The notes under the pieces: generated by a model | Databases searched by the model: none | Told to the model about the DNA's origin: nothing | What the model saw: the letters and a program-made list of their open reading frames with translations, nothing else | Position numbers and translations under genes: made by a program | Part shown: piece after piece, positions 7,188 to 10,814 of the stretch | Layout of the letters: each line of letters opens with the position of its first letter | Numbering within the stretch: the first letter of the stretch is position 1 | Assembly: GCA_964534375.1 (NCBI GenBank) | Contig: CAZHPN010000193.1 | Coordinates: 1-10,814, forward strand | DNA from: an uncultured bacterium | Lineage (GTDB): Bacteria; Lernaellota; Lernaellaia; Lernaellales; Lernaellaceae | Length of the DNA: 10,814 nt | Direction: 5' to 3'

Positions 7188-8501
7188 CTATTGCCCCTCG
7201 ACCCACATCGCCCCAGAGATCGTGCCATTGTTTCCGTTGCCGCTCGCGTCGTAGATCGTCAGGCCCTGCCCTTCGTCCATGTGCCAGAGGGCCATCGTAT
7301 TGGCGTCCGGCGCGAAACGCGCGGGCGGCGTGAAGTTGGCGTCGTAACGGGCGACGTTGGAAATGCGCACCTCGTCCAGGATGCCGAGAAAATAGGCGAC
7401 ATCGATCGGCGACCACCGCCCGAGAACCAGATCGAGCGTGTTGGGGGTGACCTGTTCGCCGCACGTATCCATCTCCCCGACCAGTTGACCGTTGATGTAC
7501 AGCTGCAGGGTGTTGGCGAGGGCCACGCCGGCGACGTGAAACCATTGGTTGAGCAGCGACATGTCGAAGGGGACAATGAGATAGCAGCCTTCATCCGTGC
7601 CGTTGGAGATGTTGAACTCCCACGAATCGGGTTCCTCGCCGGCGGGGTCATGGATCCCCAGAAAATATCCCGCGCGTGTTGGCAACTTCGTGCTTTTGTC
7701 CATCAGGTTTTCTTGCAAGGAGACCGTGTTCAGCGCGGTCTTGTAAACCCAGGCCTCCAAGGTGATCGCGTCGCCCGTTATCATGAGGCTTGGGCTATTG
7801 GGAACCGTCACATAATCGTCCGTGCCGTCGAAATATAGCGCGTAGCTTTCCTCGCACGATTGCGAGATGCAGTAATACGCTGTGCCGCAGGCTTGGCACG
7901 CCGCGCCGCCCGTGCCGCACGCGCTGTTGGCTGTGCCGGTCTGGCACGTTCCGCCGGCGTCGCAGCAGCCGTTCGGGCAACTGGTCGCATCGCACTCGCA
8001 CACGCCAGCGACGCAAGCTTGGCCGCTCGCGCAGGCGACGCAGGCCGCGCCGTCGACGCCGCACGTGGCCACGGCGCTCGGTTGGCAGTTGCCGCTCGCG
8101 TCGCAGCAGCCGCTCGGGCAACTGGCCGCATCGCACTCGCACACGCCAGCGACGCAAGCTTGGCCGCCCGCGCAGGCGACGCAGGCCGCGCCGTCGACGC
8201 CGCACGTGGCCACGGCGCTCGGTTGGCAGTTGCGGCTCGCGTCGCAGCAGCCGTCAGGACAGTTGGTCGCATTGCAGGCGTCGTCGTCATCGTCCGGCGA
8301 CGCATCATCGTCGGGCGACGAATCGTCGTCGTCGTCGGGCGACGCATCGTCATCCGGCGAAGCGTCATCGTCGGGTGACGAATCGTCATCGACGACGGGG
8401 CGATTGACGCTCTGGCTGCTGCCGCCGGAACTGCCGCAGGCCATTGCGCAACCAAGGAACATCAGGACGGGAAACAACCACAACACGCTGCTGCGTTTCA
8501 C
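7188..8501 (-). CDS. Lipoprotein with Asp-rich linker, three Cys-rich repeats and C-terminal LamG/concanavalin A-like domain, 437 aa
   Basis: GTG 8501 has a GGAGGT RBS at 8512-8507. Signal peptide MKRSSVLWLFPVLMFLGCAMAC with a lipobox-like Cys. LamG hallmarks: ALYFDGTDDYV, ITLEAWV, WFHVAGV, LYING, FLGILDEVRISNVARY, ALWHMDEGQG..IYDASGNGNNGT. Confidence 0.88.
   Translation of the reverse strand: MKRSSVLWLFPVLMFLGCAMACGSSGGSSQSVNRPVVDDDSSPDDDASPDDDASPDDDDDSSPDDDASPDDDDDACNATNCPDGCCDASRNCQPSAVATCGVDGAACVACAGGQACVAGVCECDAASCPSGCCDASGNCQPSAVATCGVDGAACVACASGQACVAGVCECDATSCPNGCCDAGGTCQTGTANSACGTGGAACQACGTAYYCISQSCEESYALYFDGTDDYVTVPNSPSLMITGDAITLEAWVYKTALNTVSLQENLMDKSTKLPTRAGYFLGIHDPAGEEPDSWEFNISNGTDEGCYLIVPFDMSLLNQWFHVAGVALANTLQLYINGQLVGEMDTCGEQVTPNTLDLVLGRWSPIDVAYFLGILDEVRISNVARYDANFTPPARFAPDANTMALWHMDEGQGLTIYDASGNGNNGTISGAMWVEGQ
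7851..8276 (-). repeat. Three intragenic tandem repeats, 141-bp period (47-48 aa, 10 Cys each)
   Basis: TCGCAGCAGCC recurs at 7960, 8101 and 8242 (period 141). Example protein unit: CDAASCPSGCCDASGNCQPSAVATCGVDGAACVACASGQACVAGVCE. Confidence 0.95.
8280..8390 (-). repeat. Asp-rich low-complexity linker, DDD(A/S)SP units of about 18 bp
   Basis: Encodes DDDSSPDDDASPDDDASPDDDDDSSPDDDASPDDDDD, with 22 Asp in 37 aa. Confidence 0.95.
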
Positions 8502-8568
8502 AGACCACCTCCACGGCCAGAAGTTACGCGGAACCTGCGACGTCACGTAATAGTGAACCTGTTGTCCA

Positions 8569-8597
8569 CACGTACGCCGGTTGCGTTTTTATGTCAA
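8569..8597 (-). promoter_or_regulatory. Possible promoter for the LamG lipoprotein gene
   Basis: Perfect TTGACA (8597-8592), N17, TACGTG (8574-8569). The -10 box is weak because it lacks the -7 T. Confidence 0.4.
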
Positions 8598-8802
8598 GTT
8601 CCGGCAGCCGTTGTGGAAGGTCGGTTTGGCCGGCATTCGTCGTCCCGGCGGCGGCCAATTGTTCCGCCGCCGCCCGCCGGCGCCCCACGCCGGATGGCGC
8701 ACGCCGCCGCGTTCTCCCACCGGGTTGTTTTTTTCGCCGACAAATGCGAACAATTATCGACGAGCCGCCGGCGCGGAAGGCCGGCGTCGGGGAAAGGGTT
8801 CT

Positions 8803-10194
8803 ATGCGACTCGGACTCGTCTTCAATCCGTTTACATACAAGCCGCACGAAACGCACCTGCGGACGGTGCAGGATTTCTTCGGGCTCTTTCCGCCGCTGAG
8901 TCTGGCCTGGGTCGCGGCGATCGCCGAGCAGGCGGGCCACGAGACCCGCATCATCGACGCGCGCACGCTCGGCCTGAGCGTCGACGAAACCGTGCAGCGC
9001 CTGCGCGAATTCCGGCCCGACCTCGTCGGCTACATGCTGACCACCGACATGTTTCAGGAGACGCTCGCCTGGATTCGCGCGGTGAAGGCGAAGTTCGACG
9101 CGCCGGTGATCGTCGGCGGGGCCAACATGCGCTTCTACCCCGACGAGGCGATGGCCAATCCGGAATTGTCCTACGGCGTGCTGGAGCATTCGTTGGAGAC
9201 GCTGCCCGCGTTTCTGGCGGAATACGCCGGCGGGCGCCGCTTCGAAAACGTGCCGGGGCTGATTTGGCGCGAAAACGGCCAATTGCGCAAAACCCCGCCG
9301 CGGCCCGTGAAGTTCGACGATTTCCCGCGCCCGCTGCGGCGCGACTTGCCCAACGACAAGTACGCCGAAATCGCGACGGAGACCCACACGTTCACGGCGA
9401 TGATCACGAGCCTGGGCTGCCCATTCGGCTGCGTGTTCTGCGACGCCTCGAACTCGACCTACAATCCGCGATCGCCCGAAAAAATTCTCGATGAGATGGA
9501 AGAATGCTGCCGCAAATACGGCGCGCAGGAAATCGACATCATGGACTACGAGTTCACGATCGATCCCAAGCGCACCGCCGCCATCTGCGAAGGCATCATC
9601 GCCCGCAAGCTCGATTTCATCTGGGCCTGCCGCTCGCGTGTGACGTCGGTCGACGACGAGAAGCTCAAGCTGATGGCCCGCGCCGGCTGCGAGAGAATCT
9701 ATTTCGGCATCGAGGCCGCGACCGACGAGCGGCTGGCGGAATTCAACAAGGGCATCACCGTCGCGCGCATCAAGGAAGCGCTGAAACTGGCGCGGAAGAA
9801 CAACATCAAAGCGCTCGGCTTTTTCCTCGTCGGCGCCCCCGGCGACACGGCCAAATCGGTGCGCGAGACGATTCGCTTCGCCGCCAGCCTCGATCTTGAT
9901 TACGCCCAGTTTTCCAAAGTCACGGCCAAGCCCGGCGCGCGGCTGTTCGCGCAGACCGTCGCCCAAACCGGCGACTACTGGCGCGGCTATGTCCTGGGCC
10001 AGTACGAAGCCCGCGACCCCGACCGCCCGTGGACCGAATTGAAATCGGAAGACGTGACCCGCCTGACGCGCTATGCGTACCTGCGCTTCTATCTGCGGCC
10101 GATGTTCCTCTTGCGCGCCTTGCTCGGCCTGCGCACCTGGGCCGAGTTCGTGCGCAAAGCCAAGGCCACCTTGCACATGATCTTCGCCGATTAG
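8803..10194 (+). CDS. Cobalamin-binding-domain radical SAM protein, 463 aa
   Basis: N-terminal B12-binding-type region (FPPLSLAWVAA, IIDAR, PDLVG, VIVGG). CxxxCxxC motif GCPFGCVFC. Barrel motifs RSPEKILDE, AGCERIYFGIE and GFFLVGAPGDT. Start moved from 8581 to ATG 8803, which follows a purine-rich GGGGAAAGGG; the extension does not look protein-like. Confidence 0.92.
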   Translation: MRLGLVFNPFTYKPHETHLRTVQDFFGLFPPLSLAWVAAIAEQAGHETRIIDARTLGLSVDETVQRLREFRPDLVGYMLTTDMFQETLAWIRAVKAKFDAPVIVGGANMRFYPDEAMANPELSYGVLEHSLETLPAFLAEYAGGRRFENVPGLIWRENGQLRKTPPRPVKFDDFPRPLRRDLPNDKYAEIATETHTFTAMITSLGCPFGCVFCDASNSTYNPRSPEKILDEMEECCRKYGAQEIDIMDYEFTIDPKRTAAICEGIIARKLDFIWACRSRVTSVDDEKLKLMARAGCERIYFGIEAATDERLAEFNKGITVARIKEALKLARKNNIKALGFFLVGAPGDTAKSVRETIRFAASLDLDYAQFSKVTAKPGARLFAQTVAQTGDYWRGYVLGQYEARDPDRPWTELKSEDVTRLTRYAYLRFYLRPMFLLRALLGLRTWAEFVRKAKATLHMIFAD

Positions 10195-10207
10195 CGGCCT
10201 ATTCCCC

Positions 10208-10230
10208 GCCAAAAACGTCTTGGCTTTTTT
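10208..10230 (+). terminator. Weak candidate intrinsic terminator after the radical SAM gene
   Basis: GCCAA-AAACGTC-TTGGC 5-bp stem followed by TTTTTT, starting 14 nt after the stop at 10194. The stem is short. Confidence 0.3.
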
Positions 10231-10299
10231 CGGCGAGCGCGTTAATCTGCCGGCGGCGCGGGCGACCATGTGAAAATAAGCCCGCAAAGGGGGAGTGGC

Positions 10300-10814
10300 T
10301 TGCACAAGGTTTCGGCGAAAACGTGGATGCTCGCGGCGGCCGTCGCCCTGCTCGTCGCGGTCGCGTGCAAACCGAAAGCGCCGGCCGCCCCGGCGCACGC
10401 GGGCGGCCAGTCGTCGAAGGCGCAGCCGGCGGCGCAGCGCCGCCCCGACGACGGAACGCCGAACATCTTGCTGATCAGCATCGACGCCTTGCGCGCCGAC
10501 CGCCTCAGTTGCTATGGAGCCGAGCGGCCGACCAGCCCGAACCTCGACGCCTTCGCCGCCGAAGCCGCGCGGTTCACGCACGCGCACGCCAATGCGCCCT
10601 GGACCCTCCCCAGCCACGCGTCGATGCTCACCGGCGAGGAAGTCGGCGTGCACGGCGTGGAGCGCGGGGCGATGACCCTGACGCCGAACGCGATCACGGT
10701 CGCCACGACGCTCCACGCGCACGGTTATGCGACGGCCGGCGTGGTGACCGCGCCGTATCTGCAGTCGTCGTGGGGCTTCGACCACGGTTTCGATTCGTAC
10801 GACGACGGTTTGGC
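10300..10814 (+). CDS. Sulfatase-like (alkaline phosphatase superfamily) lipoprotein, partial (3' truncated)
   Basis: Hand translation from TTG 10300 (RBS AAGGGGGAG; in-frame alternatives GTG 10270 and ATG 10327): MHKVSAKTWMLAAAVALLVAVAC (lipobox), PNILLISIDALRADRLSCYG, TSPNLDAFAAE, APWTLPSHASMLTG, GYATAG, GFDHGFDSYD. Not in the ORF track. Confidence 0.9.
   Translation, partial: MHKVSAKTWMLAAAVALLVAVACKPKAPAAPAHAGGQSSKAQPAAQRRPDDGTPNILLISIDALRADRLSCYGAERPTSPNLDAFAAEAARFTHAHANAPWTLPSHASMLTGEEVGVHGVERGAMTLTPNAITVATTLHAHGYATAGVVTAPYLQSSWGFDHGFDSYDDGL

Noticed and set aside
7957..8253. Diversity-generating retroelement TR/VR pair suggested by A/G-biased differences
   Set aside because: The copies are in-frame tandem coding repeats, one difference is G/C, and there is no reverse transcriptase in the window.
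6998..10194. RiPP system pairing the 59-aa Cys-containing peptide with the radical SAM enzyme
   Set aside because: The two are separated by an oppositely oriented gene. No SPASM Cys cluster or RRE is evident in the enzyme, and there is no peptidase or transporter in the window.
8524..10785. 753-aa minus-strand ORF
   Set aside because: Antisense to the radical SAM and sulfatase-like genes, with no recognisable motifs. A stop-poor shadow frame.

Overview
High-GC bacterial window with seven supportable protein genes. In order: transketolase (-, 3' end cut off by the window edge and absent from the ORF track), an NmrA-family NAD(P)-binding protein (-), an aldo/keto reductase (+), a YfhO-family (GT-C-like) polytopic membrane protein (-), a modular lipoprotein (-) with an Asp-rich linker, three 10-Cys repeats and a LamG domain, a B12-binding radical SAM enzyme (+), and a partial sulfatase-like lipoprotein (+) with Thr at the nucleophile position. 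No tRNA, rRNA, transposase, integrase or cas gene was recognised. The unexplained signals are mostly non-coding: (i) two identical 30-bp palindrome-cored repeats around a 31-bp spacer (61-bp period, mini-CRISPR-like) at 7046-7136, overlapped by a 59-codon ORF with a strong RBS; (ii) a foldable, GGAAGC-rich leader upstream of transketolase; (iii) a 9-bp tandem repeat between divergent genes. The right half may be a loose cell-envelope glycan-modification neighbourhood. I cannot demonstrate a new system from sequence alone; these are leads to test.
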